DNA of 64,000 bases from Candidatus Bathyarchaeia archaeon (GCA_038883775.1 JAVZLM010000004.1:113442-177441); one strand, 5' to 3'. Shown: positions 50,019-59,765, counted from the first letter of the stretch. The notes: generated from the letters alone by a model not told the origin. Translations and numbers: made by a program.

Positions 50019-51032
50019 TTGAGACAAAAAATGCCTAAAGTTTCCGTAATCATAATCAATTTTAAAGGGACACAACAGCTCGAAAAATGTCTGAATTCTC
50101 TTAAGCAAACTAATTATCCAAATTTTGAAGTAGTTGTTGTAGACTGCCTCACAGATAATTTGCTGATGTGGATGAAAATTTTCTTTCCAAAAGTTAAAGT
50201 TATCCATTACGATAATGATATTGGTCCTTCAGCATCCCATAACGTAGGAAAATATGTCGTAGACATTCACAGCAAGTATCTCGCCTTTCTCGATAATGAC
50301 GCTTATGTAACCGAAAACTGGCTTACAGAATTGTTAAAGGTTATGGAGAAAGACGAAAAAATTGGAATGGCTCAAGCAAAGCTAGTTTTATTGAAAAATC
50401 CTAGATTGTTAGACCATAGTGGAATGGCAATTGATGCCTTGGGCACATGGTATACAACTAGAGGGTTAGAAGCGGATAAATTCAAGGAAGTTTCTGAAAT
50501 TTTTGCATCATCATCAGCTGCATGCCTTGTTCGACGCGAAGTTTTCGATGAGGCTGGCGGCTTTGATTCGGATTATTTTATCTACGATGATGACACGGAC
50601 TTCTCTTTTAGACTAAGACTGTTAGGATACAAGATAGTTTATGTTCCATCAGCCGTCGTATTCCATGAGGGAGAAGCTGCTCGTTCATTCAACCCCCAGA
50701 AAATGTATCACGGAATTAAGAATAGAATGTGTACTATGCTTAAGAATTACGAATTGCAAAATGTTTGGTGGCGATTCTGTTTATGTATTACCTTGACATT
50801 TTTTGCAGGAATAGGTTTAGCTTTAGCGAAAAGAGTTAATGAAGCTAAGGCAATTTTTAAGGCTGCCGCTTATCCAATAGTAAATATTAGAAAAATATGG
50901 ATTAAACGAATTTTGATACAACATAAAAGACGTACTGATGATCAAGAGTTATTCAGTAAAGGTTTCTTAAAAAATGATATTCGCCCGACTTTACTTGATC
51001 TTATGTCAAAACTTCAATATTTTGGAAAATAA
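50019..51032 (+). CDS. GT2 glycosyltransferase
   Basis: VSVIIINF, LAFLDND, GGFDSDYFIYDDDTD and SAVVFH. Confidence 0.9.
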   Translation: MRQKMPKVSVIIINFKGTQQLEKCLNSLKQTNYPNFEVVVVDCLTDNLLMWMKIFFPKVKVIHYDNDIGPSASHNVGKYVVDIHSKYLAFLDNDAYVTENWLTELLKVMEKDEKIGMAQAKLVLLKNPRLLDHSGMAIDALGTWYTTRGLEADKFKEVSEIFASSSAACLVRREVFDEAGGFDSDYFIYDDDTDFSFRLRLLGYKIVYVPSAVVFHEGEAARSFNPQKMYHGIKNRMCTMLKNYELQNVWWRFCLCITLTFFAGIGLALAKRVNEAKAIFKAAAYPIVNIRKIWIKRILIQHKRRTDDQELFSKGFLKNDIRPTLLDLMSKLQYFGK

Positions 51033-51180
51033 ACGGCTCAAAATCTTTAATGATTATTTGCACCAAAATCATATGGCACTCTTATGAAGTTCCATAAACT
51101 ATAACTACTAATTGCTTTAAAAACAAAACCAAGATATTACCAACCAAACATTAGAATATTAGCAGCTAAGTGGGAAAAAC

Positions 51181-52161
51181 ATGCCCTCAGCATACTCTTC
51201 TCAAAGGATCTTTATAACAGGGGGAGCAGGCTTCATAGGAAGCCACATTGTTGATCGATTAGGCCAAAAGCGGAAAGAAGTAATTGTCTTCGACAATTTT
51301 AGCTCTGGAAAACTTGAAAACATTAAGCAGTGGCTTAAAAACTCAAACTTCACCCTTGTACGCGAAGATCTCTTAAAACCAGCAAGCATTCTAAAACCCT
51401 TATCTGAATGTGAAACTGTTTTCCATTTGGCTGCAAATCCAGAGGTTAGAGTTGGAACTGCTGATCCTAAAACGCATTATAAGCATAATGTAACTGCAAC
51501 TTTCAACCTTCTGGAAGCGGTTCGTAAGGTTGGCTGCGTTAAGAATTTTGTTTTTACATCTTCATCAACCGTTTATGGCGAAGCAGAGAAAATTCCAACA
51601 CCGGAGGATTATGCGCCCCTAAAACCAATCTCTATTTATGGCGCTTCTAAGCTTGCTTCTGAGGCTTTGATAACAGCATATGCTTATACTTATGGATTCA
51701 ATGCTATAATTTATAGACTAGCAAATATCATAGGCCCCAGGGCGCAGCACGGCGTCATACACGATTTCGTAAACAAACTTTCTAGGGATTCGAAAAAGTT
51801 GGAAATTCTCGGCGATGGGACTCAAAGAAAATCTTACTTATACATCGATGATTGCATAGATGCTATGCTTATGGGCGTTAGTCATTTGCATAATCGAGTG
51901 GAAATTTACAATGTGGGTTCAGAAGATCAAATAAATGTAAAAGAAATAGCTGACATGGTCTGCCAAGAGATGGGTTTGAGAAATGTTGAGTATATTTATA
52001 CTGGCGGTGTTGATGGTGGAAGGGGTTGGAAGGGAGACGTGAAACTCATGCTTTTAAAAATTGAAAAAATTAAAAGCCTCGGATGGAAACCCAAACTAAA
52101 TAGTCGTCAAGCAGTGCGAAAAACTGTAAAAGCAATTTTGCATGAAAGAAAATTAATTTAA
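51181..52161 (+). CDS. NAD-dependent nucleotide-sugar epimerase/dehydratase (GalE-like)
   Basis: TGGAGFIGSH, HLAA, SSSTVYG and YGASK. Confidence 0.93.
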   Translation: MPSAYSSQRIFITGGAGFIGSHIVDRLGQKRKEVIVFDNFSSGKLENIKQWLKNSNFTLVREDLLKPASILKPLSECETVFHLAANPEVRVGTADPKTHYKHNVTATFNLLEAVRKVGCVKNFVFTSSSTVYGEAEKIPTPEDYAPLKPISIYGASKLASEALITAYAYTYGFNAIIYRLANIIGPRAQHGVIHDFVNKLSRDSKKLEILGDGTQRKSYLYIDDCIDAMLMGVSHLHNRVEIYNVGSEDQINVKEIADMVCQEMGLRNVEYIYTGGVDGGRGWKGDVKLMLLKIEKIKSLGWKPKLNSRQAVRKTVKAILHERKLI

Positions 52162-53195
52162 TGAAGGCAAGGCCCTTGCATGGGAAAGATGCATATTACC
52201 CGAAAGTTTCAGTAATAGTTCCCGTCAAAAATGGAGCTGCATACATAAGAGAGCTTCTTGATTCTCTTATGCAAGTTGACTATGATAGGGATAAGTTGGA
52301 AATTATCGTAGTGGATGGAAATTCCACAGACAACACAAGAGAAATAGTTTCGCAGTATCCTGTCAAACTTTTGTTGGAAGAAAGACCGGGATTGAACGCG
52401 GCGAGAAATACTGGTGTAAGAAATAGTGATGGCGAAATTGTTGCCTTCACGGATGCTGATTGCATCATACCAAAAGACTGGTTAAGTAGGATAGTTGAAA
52501 ATTTTAGAGATTTTCAAGTGGGTTGTGTGGGAGGAAGCGTGGTGGGGTATTATGATAGTTTTTTGTCCCGTTATTCTGATGAAAGCTTCATTCCAGTCAT
52601 GAGAATTTTCAGAAAAAAGGAAGCGTTAAGCTCGGTTAAGCTCCCCCAAAAATATCCGGCTGGCTGCAACATGGCTGTGCGGCGAGATGCGCTAAACAAG
52701 GTTGGACTGTTTGATGAAGGCATTAAGTATGGTTTTGACGAGGACGAGCTTGTTGAGAGAATCTGCAGAAGAGGCTACAAAATGGTTTTAGACCCAGAGG
52801 TTTTAGTGAAGCATAAGCATAGGCCAGCGCTGAAGGAACTTTTAAAACAAAATTTCAGTTACGGGCGAGGTTTGGGTTTAATGTTAAGAAAGATGGGGAC
52901 AAAAAGCGCATTTCCGAAATGGATTCTTCTCTGCATAATCGGTTTTCTCATATGGAGCTCAGCAATATTAGCGTTGATAATACACGCCTTTTTGACCAGC
53001 TCATTTACATCTCTAATAATTCTATTAATGATGCTGCTGCTTCCGTTTTTTGGGCTTATGATTTTTTATGGATATCAAACCATTAAGAAAGGAGACAAAA
53101 AATACCAAAGAATAATCCTCTATCCACCAATAGACATTGCAAGAGCCTTAGCCTTCATTTTTGGAGGAATATACCAATTAATTAAAAAGTCATAG
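52161..53195 (+). CDS. GT2 glycosyltransferase with C-terminal TM segments
   Basis: VSVIVP, DGNSTD, ARNTG, FTDADC and GCNMA. Confidence 0.9.
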   Translation: MKARPLHGKDAYYPKVSVIVPVKNGAAYIRELLDSLMQVDYDRDKLEIIVVDGNSTDNTREIVSQYPVKLLLEERPGLNAARNTGVRNSDGEIVAFTDADCIIPKDWLSRIVENFRDFQVGCVGGSVVGYYDSFLSRYSDESFIPVMRIFRKKEALSSVKLPQKYPAGCNMAVRRDALNKVGLFDEGIKYGFDEDELVERICRRGYKMVLDPEVLVKHKHRPALKELLKQNFSYGRGLGLMLRKMGTKSAFPKWILLCIIGFLIWSSAILALIIHAFLTSSFTSLIILLMMLLLPFFGLMIFYGYQTIKKGDKKYQRIILYPPIDIARALAFIFGGIYQLIKKS

Positions 53196-53198
53196 GAT

Positions 53199-54110
53199 TT
53201 AACGGAACCAAGGCAATGTTCTTTCAACAATCTTAACTATTGGTAATCCTACGGCTATTGAAATTCCAGCTTGAAGGAAAAGGTCTTGAATGAAGGAGAT
53301 TACGGCAACGGGATAACCTTTAATGAATATGTTGACGAAAAAGTAGGTTGCAGCCATAAGAAAGCCGCCTATTATGCATGCAATCAATTGTAACACAAAA
53401 TTTTTCTTCTTTGTAAATCCTGGTATAACGCCTTCCAGCCCATGCGCAATGATTGAGACATACCAACGAGGATAAGCAAGGTAAAAATCTGCTACGACCG
53501 CGCCCACAACTCCAACGAGTCCTCCTACTTTTACCCCAAAAAGTAAAGCAACTAGGAACACAACAAAGTCTCCGAAATGTAGGAAACCTCCAGTTGGTGA
53601 TGGAACAGGGTATATTTGAAATGTAAGAACTATTAACACAGCGTACAAAGCCGAAAACAAAGCCACAACAGCAACTTCTACGCTTGTTAAAAGTGGTCCC
53701 TTCAACGCTGTTGATGGCATAGTGAAAGCAATTACTGCACTGGTTCCCATAAAAATCATGCTAATTATCATGCCAACCAGAAAGATGCTAGATTGAACCG
53801 ATCCAAACATGTTTGGGGTTATAAGCCCAAGTAATGCTGAGATAGCTCCTGCAAAACTTGAGATAGAGCTAGCCTTTGTATGCCCTTTGCGCATAAAATA
53901 AATACTTGTCAACTCGAGAATAGCGCTAAATAAGCCAAAGAAAATTAGAAGGCTGATGAATATTTTTTGGGGATCTGTTAGGCTTATTTTCTCAAATATC
54001 ACAAACCCCATATCAGATAAGATGGTGAAAACTTCTAGAATTGAAATTGCCGCTGCTAAAAATCCGCCTATGCCTGAAAATGCTTTTACTGCTACTTGCT
54101 TGTTCATCAA
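53199..54110 (-). CDS. ECF transporter S component (HmpT/PdxU/PanT-like) with extra N-terminal 4-TM domain
   Basis: VALFSAL, PTGGFLHFGD, GAVVAD and HGLEG in the C-terminal ~165 aa. Confidence 0.8.
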   Translation of the reverse strand: MMNKQVAVKAFSGIGGFLAAAISILEVFTILSDMGFVIFEKISLTDPQKIFISLLIFFGLFSAILELTSIYFMRKGHTKASSISSFAGAISALLGLITPNMFGSVQSSIFLVGMIISMIFMGTSAVIAFTMPSTALKGPLLTSVEVAVVALFSALYAVLIVLTFQIYPVPSPTGGFLHFGDFVVFLVALLFGVKVGGLVGVVGAVVADFYLAYPRWYVSIIAHGLEGVIPGFTKKKNFVLQLIACIIGGFLMAATYFFVNIFIKGYPVAVISFIQDLFLQAGISIAVGLPIVKIVERTLPWFR

Positions 54111-54131
54111 TAAACACCATTCAAGAGAAGA

Positions 54132-54155
54132 ATAGTATAGTTATAACTATACTAT
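54132..54155. promoter_or_regulatory. perfect 24-bp palindrome centred on TTATAA (candidate operator over the TATA box)
   Basis: ATAGTATAGTTATAACTATACTAT is its own reverse complement and lies 22-45 bp upstream of the ECF gene start. Confidence 0.75.
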
Positions 54156-54169
54156 ATTAGCTTTTCGAC

Positions 54170-55570
54170 TTAAAAGAGAAGTTTCAAATCATCCATCGCT
54201 TGTAAAGCTTTTCTGCCGCGCTCCGTTATTTTAAAGAATCTTTTCCCATTTTTTGTATAGCTTATTATCAGACCTTTCTCTGAAAGTTCGTTTAGGTGTT
54301 GGTATATCGCGGCGCGTGTCATTGTTTTTGCGAGTTTTTTCCATAAATCGTAACCATAAGTATCCTTTTCGTTTAGGATTCGTAGTATTTTCTCTTTTGT
54401 GCTTAGTTCTAAGCCTACTTTTGCTGTTTTTTGTTTTTTGGTTAAGGCGTGGAGCACATCTGTGGCTTTTAGTCCGCTTCCACTGATTAAGCAGACAACA
54501 CTATTGCTTTTATCAATTTTTTCAGTTTCAATAAGCTTTTTTAGGGCTGCGACTGTTGCTGAGCTTGCTGGTTCGGCGAACATTCCTTCGAGTTTGGCTA
54601 TTTGAAGTTCTGCTGAGAAGATTTCTTGGTCAGAAACTGTTAAGGCTAAGCCCTCTGATTCTTTTATGGCTTTTATGGCAAGCTCACCCTGGAGCGGTTG
54701 GGATACTAAAACGGCTAAGGCATGGGTGGACGGCTTAGAGATTTTCAGCATTTTTGTTTGTCCTTCTAAAAATGTTTTGACTATGGATGAGCTTCCTTCT
54801 GGTTGAACACCAACCATTTTTGGCAGCGAATCTGCTATTTTGAGCTGTTTAAGTTCTTTAAAGCCTTTCCAGATGGAATAGATCGTTCCCCCGCTTCCCA
54901 TGGGAACTATGAAATAGTCTGGAACACCCAACTGTTCATAAACTTCATAAGAAATTGTTTTCTGAGCCTCAATTGCCAAGGGGTTTAATTCGGCTGTGGC
55001 TTGATACCAACCCATTTCCTTTGCCAAGGTTTCAGCTTTGCGTATGGAGTCGTCTAAAATTTCTCCAAACTCTTCTATTGTTGCGTCATAAACCAGCATC
55101 TGCGCCAATTTTCCAATATCCACAAGTTTTGGCACGATCAAGTGGCAGTTTAGTCCAGCTTTAGCGCAATATGCAGCCAAAGAGGCGCCCAAATTTCCAT
55201 TTGATGCACAAACCAAAGTGTCATGGTTAAGTTCAATAGCATTTGATACATAAAGCGCGGCAGCTCTATCCCTATAAGAGTTTGTGGGGCTTCTGGTTTC
55301 ATCTTTCAAATACAATTTTTGCAAACCCAAACTTTTGGCAAGTCGGGAGGCTTCGTGAAGGGGTGTACCGCCTTCGCCTAAGCTGATTTGATGGCGTACT
55401 TGCGGAAGTAGAATCTTATATCTCCAAAAACTGAATCGCCCAGAAAACTTGATTTTGCGTTTTTTTGGCAACACCAAATCGTATTCAAGTGTTCCGCCAC
55501 AATTTCCACATCTGCCAAGTAATGGTGAATATGGGAATTTTGATTCGCATTTAACACATTTAAGAGTCAT
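54170..55570 (-). CDS. threonine-synthase-fold protein with Lys-to-Arg at the PLP site, fused to a C-terminal PadR-like winged helix
   Basis: N-terminal CxxC..CxxC, SLGEGGTPL, SPTNSYRDR, ASNGNLG, PMGSGG, EPASS and SGSGLK; C-terminal KILRIL..KDTYGYDL...RAAIYQHLNELSEKGLI...KITERGR. Confidence 0.88.
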   Translation of the reverse strand: MTLKCVKCESKFPYSPLLGRCGNCGGTLEYDLVLPKKRKIKFSGRFSFWRYKILLPQVRHQISLGEGGTPLHEASRLAKSLGLQKLYLKDETRSPTNSYRDRAAALYVSNAIELNHDTLVCASNGNLGASLAAYCAKAGLNCHLIVPKLVDIGKLAQMLVYDATIEEFGEILDDSIRKAETLAKEMGWYQATAELNPLAIEAQKTISYEVYEQLGVPDYFIVPMGSGGTIYSIWKGFKELKQLKIADSLPKMVGVQPEGSSSIVKTFLEGQTKMLKISKPSTHALAVLVSQPLQGELAIKAIKESEGLALTVSDQEIFSAELQIAKLEGMFAEPASSATVAALKKLIETEKIDKSNSVVCLISGSGLKATDVLHALTKKQKTAKVGLELSTKEKILRILNEKDTYGYDLWKKLAKTMTRAAIYQHLNELSEKGLIISYTKNGKRFFKITERGRKALQAMDDLKLLF

Positions 55571-55587
55571 GACAGAGTTTCAGCCTT

Positions 55588-56316
55588 TCATTTATTTTTG
55601 TCGAATAATTTTTGGAAGTTTTCGTAGAAAATTTTTCTCCTAGTTTTGTGCGAAATTTCTGCAGCCTCAACAATTGCTATTTGAGTTGGATAACGATAAT
55701 AGGGAATATCAGAGCCAAACAATATTCGATTCTCGTCTATGTCAACTGAAAGTTCAATGAAGTCTGGCAAGGTGCCTGAGGTTTCAACATAAACGTTTTC
55801 GCATTCTCTTAAGGCGTTAACAGACGCCTCTCTCAAATGTGCAAGAATTATTGGAAGCTTTGGATATTTCTTAGCAATTTTTAGGATAAGCCCGGGAGAG
55901 GAAAATCCGTCTCCGGAATGGAAAAGTATTGGAAGGTTTAGGGCGTTAGTTTTCTTGAAAAATTTGTTAAAGAAGGGATGGTCTGGTCTGAAACATTCCA
56001 CCATTGGATGCAACTTAATTCCACTTAAGCCCAGACCGTTTTTTATGCGCGTTAACTCTTTTATGGCATCTTCCCTTCTCGGGTCTACACGCCCAAACCC
56101 TATCAGCCTCTTTGGATATTTCTTAACTGATTTTGCCATGTAATCGTTCATTTTTGGATATTCATCGCCAACATTTGGGTTTGGAAAAACTATTGCCCGT
56201 TCAACATTATACTTGTCAAATAGACGAATAAGCTCATCCAAATAAATTGTGGGATTTATGTATGGTTGCCAAGGTCCAGACTTTCCCAAATGCACGTGAG
56301 CATCGCAAATTTTCAT
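55588..56316 (-). CDS. amidohydrolase (Amidohydro_2 family)
   Basis: DAHVH, GIKLHP, LFHSG, LAH and LFGSDIP. Confidence 0.9.
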   Translation of the reverse strand: MKICDAHVHLGKSGPWQPYINPTIYLDELIRLFDKYNVERAIVFPNPNVGDEYPKMNDYMAKSVKKYPKRLIGFGRVDPRREDAIKELTRIKNGLGLSGIKLHPMVECFRPDHPFFNKFFKKTNALNLPILFHSGDGFSSPGLILKIAKKYPKLPIILAHLREASVNALRECENVYVETSGTLPDFIELSVDIDENRILFGSDIPYYRYPTQIAIVEAAEISHKTRRKIFYENFQKLFDKNK

Positions 56317-56440
56317 GCAGTTCCCCTTCAGCCAATTTTTAACATCTACAATTATATTAGAATTGTTTAAATGCGTAAAATGGGAAAACCCTAAATGGAA
56401 GTATTATGCTCATAAATAGCAAAATGCGAGTTGAGCATTT

Positions 56441-56821
56441 ATGAGCGAAAAAGTTAAGGAAGACCCGGTTAAACTGCACAAGGATGCAAATACGCTTTAT
56501 GAAACTGGCAAATACAAAGAAGCCATGGAAAAATTTCTGCAAGCTTCAGAATTATACCGTAAAGCTAACAACTTCTTTGACGCCACATCCATGCTTTTTA
56601 AGGCTGGAGAATGCGCCTACATGCTCAAAGACCATGAAAAGGCTGTGGAAAATTTCCTCAAATCCGCAGAGCTATCCTTCAACAAAGGCTTTGACAGGTT
56701 CGGGGTAAGCGCCTTAGAATATGCCAGAGACTGCTACATCGCATTAAAAGATAAGGAAAAGGTTGACGAACTGGAGAAGAAAATAAAGGAAGTTAAGGAA
56801 AAACTGGAAGCCTCATTCTAA
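56441..56821 (+). CDS. TPR/SNAP-like helical repeat protein
   Basis: Repeats such as GKYKEAMEKFLQASELY and KAGECAY...EKAVENFLKSAEL. Confidence 0.7.
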   Translation: MSEKVKEDPVKLHKDANTLYETGKYKEAMEKFLQASELYRKANNFFDATSMLFKAGECAYMLKDHEKAVENFLKSAELSFNKGFDRFGVSALEYARDCYIALKDKEKVDELEKKIKEVKEKLEASF

Positions 56822-56902
56822 ACAATTCTTTCCCCTTTTTGTCCTAAAAGAACGTTTATCTCTATAATCTATTATTGAAAATTCGAGAAAAGGTTAACCC
56901 TT

Positions 56903-58597
56903 ATGCAAACTTCTTTCAAAGCCTTAGCTGAACTTTGTGAAAAACTGGAAGCCACAACTAAACGACTCCAAATGATAAGCCTTGTCGCCGAATTCCTTAG
57001 AAATTTAGATGATGGTGAGGTTGAGCCAGCTGTCTACATGATTCTTGGAAGACCATTCCCAAAATGGAGCAAACAGACGCTTGATGTTAGTTGGGCAACC
57101 CTAAGCGAAATAATAAAAAAGATAACAAAGGTTGAATGGAAAGCCTTCATAGACGCCTTCAGCAAAACTGGCGACATAGGCTCAGCCACAAAAACTGTTT
57201 TTGAAGAAAGCAAAATCAAAAGGCAAACCACACTCTTTGAAAAACCATTAACAATAACCGAAGTTAGACGCCAATTGGAGGCTATAGCAGAAGCCACGGG
57301 ATACGGCTCTAGGGAAAAGAAGGAACGCCTAGTAGAAGCCCTAATAAGCGCTGCTTCGCCCTTAGAAGCCAAATATTTGGTCAAAATTTTCATAGGCGAA
57401 ATGCGAACAGGCTTCCATGAAGGCTTAATGGAACAAGCCATTTCAAAAGCCTTCCAAATTCCACTGAAAGAGGTGCAGAAGGCAAGCATGACCTTAGGCG
57501 ACATTGGAGAAGTTGCCGTCATAGCCAAAAAAGAAGGCAAAGAAAGCCTACTAAAAGTTGGCTTCAAAGTTTTTAGACCTGTAAGGCTTATGCTAGCTCA
57601 AATGGCAAACGATATCGCAGAAGCCCTAAAAGAACATGGAGGAAAAACAGCCCTCGAATACAAGTTGGACGGAGCCAGAATCCAAATTCACAAACTCGGC
57701 GATAAAATTAGAATTTTCAGCAGAAGACTTACAGATGTAACTCAGAGCTTGCCAGAAATTGTTGAAAAAGCCAGAGAAAATGTTAGAGCAAAAGAAGCAA
57801 TTTTTGAAGGGGAAGTAATAGCAGTAGATAATCGCGGCTATCCAATCCCATTTCAGCACCTAATGCGAAGATTCAAAAGAGTCCACGCAATAGAAGAATT
57901 GGCTGAAAAAATTCCCGTGCAGCTTTACCTCTTCGACATCCTATACCTAAACGGTGAAAGCCTGATTACGCTTCCATATTGGCATAGAAGAAAAATCTTG
58001 GCTGAAAATGCTGGAGAAATACCCCTAACAAAACAAATAATTACAGACAAGCCAGAAGAAGCAGAACAATTTTTGAAAGAGGCCATAGACGCTGGACATG
58101 AGGGGTTGATGGCAAAAAGAATTGACAGCCCATATACGCCCGGAATCCGAGGAAAACATTGGCTCAAAATAAAACCCATCCTCGAACCCTTAGACTTAGT
58201 TATTGTCGCAGCCGAATACGGTTATGGACGAAGGCATAATTGGCTTTCAGACTATTATTTGGCGGCACGGGACGCTGAAACGGGAGAATATCTAACTGTT
58301 GGCAAAACATTCAAGGGGTTAACAGACGCTGAAATCATTGAAATGACGAAACGCCTTAAAGAGTTAACTATAAAAGAAGAGCCAAGAAGAGTTGTTGTGA
58401 TTCCAAAAATAGTTGTTGAAGTAACCTATAACGAAATTCAGAAAAGCCCAAAATACAAGTGTGGAATGGCTCTGCGTTTCGCGCGAATAAACCGCATAAG
58501 AGAAGACAAAACTCCCGAGGAGGCAGACACAATACAGCATGTTAGAGAAATTTATGAAAAACAGTTTTTGAAAAAGGGTAGATATAAAACCAGTTAA
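56903..58597 (+). CDS. lig: ATP-dependent DNA ligase
   Basis: EYKLDGAR, EGE, LFDILY, EGLMAK, WLKIK and ALRFAR. Confidence 0.96.
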   Translation: MQTSFKALAELCEKLEATTKRLQMISLVAEFLRNLDDGEVEPAVYMILGRPFPKWSKQTLDVSWATLSEIIKKITKVEWKAFIDAFSKTGDIGSATKTVFEESKIKRQTTLFEKPLTITEVRRQLEAIAEATGYGSREKKERLVEALISAASPLEAKYLVKIFIGEMRTGFHEGLMEQAISKAFQIPLKEVQKASMTLGDIGEVAVIAKKEGKESLLKVGFKVFRPVRLMLAQMANDIAEALKEHGGKTALEYKLDGARIQIHKLGDKIRIFSRRLTDVTQSLPEIVEKARENVRAKEAIFEGEVIAVDNRGYPIPFQHLMRRFKRVHAIEELAEKIPVQLYLFDILYLNGESLITLPYWHRRKILAENAGEIPLTKQIITDKPEEAEQFLKEAIDAGHEGLMAKRIDSPYTPGIRGKHWLKIKPILEPLDLVIVAAEYGYGRRHNWLSDYYLAARDAETGEYLTVGKTFKGLTDAEIIEMTKRLKELTIKEEPRRVVVIPKIVVEVTYNEIQKSPKYKCGMALRFARINRIREDKTPEEADTIQHVREIYEKQFLKKGRYKTS

Positions 58598-58621
58598 ACA
58601 TTATAAATGAGAGGAAGGCAA

Positions 58622-59656
58622 ATGCCAAAGAAAAAACCCATTTACGAAGAATTTTACAGTCGCCAAATAATCCTAAAAGAGCTAGGCAAAGAAGGACAGG
58701 AAAAACTTTCAAAATCCAAAGTCGCCATAGTAGGACTTGGAGGACTAGGCACAGCATCAGCTCTTTATTTGGCTCTTGCTGGAGTTGGACACCTACGCCT
58801 AATAGACCAAGACACTGTGGAAATACACAACCTTCACAGACAAGTCCTATACACACCAGAAGACTTACACTATCCAAAAGTTGAGGTCTCAGCAAAAAGG
58901 TTAACCAAAATTAATCCACTAGTGAAGGTGGAACCCGTCCCAGAAAACCTGAACACAAACAATGTTGAAAAGCTAATTTCTGGAGTGGACTGTGTTGTGG
59001 ATGGCTTAGACAACATGCGAACCCGCTACTTGGTTAATAGAGTATGCGCAAAGCTTCAAATCCCATACGTTTTTGGAGCAGCCATAGGAATTGAAGGAAA
59101 TCTCTCCGTCTTCGCCCCGCCAGAAACCCCATGTTTAGAATGTATCCTTCCAAATATCGATGACAGCAACCTATTAACGTGCGATGTGCGCGGCGTATTG
59201 GGAGTAACTCCAGGCATTATTGGGACAATGCAAGCTATGGAAACCGTAAAAGTTCTTACGGATATGGGTTCTACTTTGAAGGGAAAACTCATGATCTGCG
59301 ACTTCAGCGACATGTACTTTACAACCATAGACATCTTTAAGAGAGAAAACTGTCCAGCATGCCGAGGCACAATAACCCCTACAGAAAAAAGAGAAAAACT
59401 TGTCTGGCTATGCGGACGAAACACAGTCAACGTAAACCCAGAAAAACCCCTAAAACTAAACCTTAACCAAATATACGAAAAAATAAAACAAAACTTCAAA
59501 ATCCAAATAAAATCCCAACTCGCCATAATCTTCAATTATAAAGGCTTTGAAATAACCCTCTTCCAAAACGGACGCATGCTAATAAAAAACATAAAAAACA
59601 TAAAAGAAGCTCAAAAAATCTACAATAAAATTGCCAAAAACCTCGGAACAGCCTAA
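58622..59656 (+). CDS. MoeB/ThiF/UbaA E1-like adenylyltransferase
   Basis: YSRQ, GLGGLG, NLHRQ, DGLDN, PCLEC and CPAC; C-terminal extension (LCGRN...LFQNGR). Confidence 0.92.
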   Translation: MPKKKPIYEEFYSRQIILKELGKEGQEKLSKSKVAIVGLGGLGTASALYLALAGVGHLRLIDQDTVEIHNLHRQVLYTPEDLHYPKVEVSAKRLTKINPLVKVEPVPENLNTNNVEKLISGVDCVVDGLDNMRTRYLVNRVCAKLQIPYVFGAAIGIEGNLSVFAPPETPCLECILPNIDDSNLLTCDVRGVLGVTPGIIGTMQAMETVKVLTDMGSTLKGKLMICDFSDMYFTTIDIFKRENCPACRGTITPTEKREKLVWLCGRNTVNVNPEKPLKLNLNQIYEKIKQNFKIQIKSQLAIIFNYKGFEITLFQNGRMLIKNIKNIKEAQKIYNKIAKNLGTA

Positions 59657-59692
59657 ATACATTTTTATTAAACCTCAAAAATAATCATAATT

Positions 59693-59765
59693 GCCGGGGT
59701 GGCCGAACGGTTCAGGCGGCTGCCTGCAGAGCAGCTATATGTGGGTTCAACTCCCACCCCCGGCT
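59693..59765 (+). tRNA. tRNA-Cys (GCA), intron-less, CCA not encoded
   Basis: Acceptor GCCGGGG/CCCCGGC, anticodon arm GCTGC-CTGCAGA-GCAGC, T arm GTGGG-TTCAACT-CCCAC, discriminator U. Confidence 0.95.
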
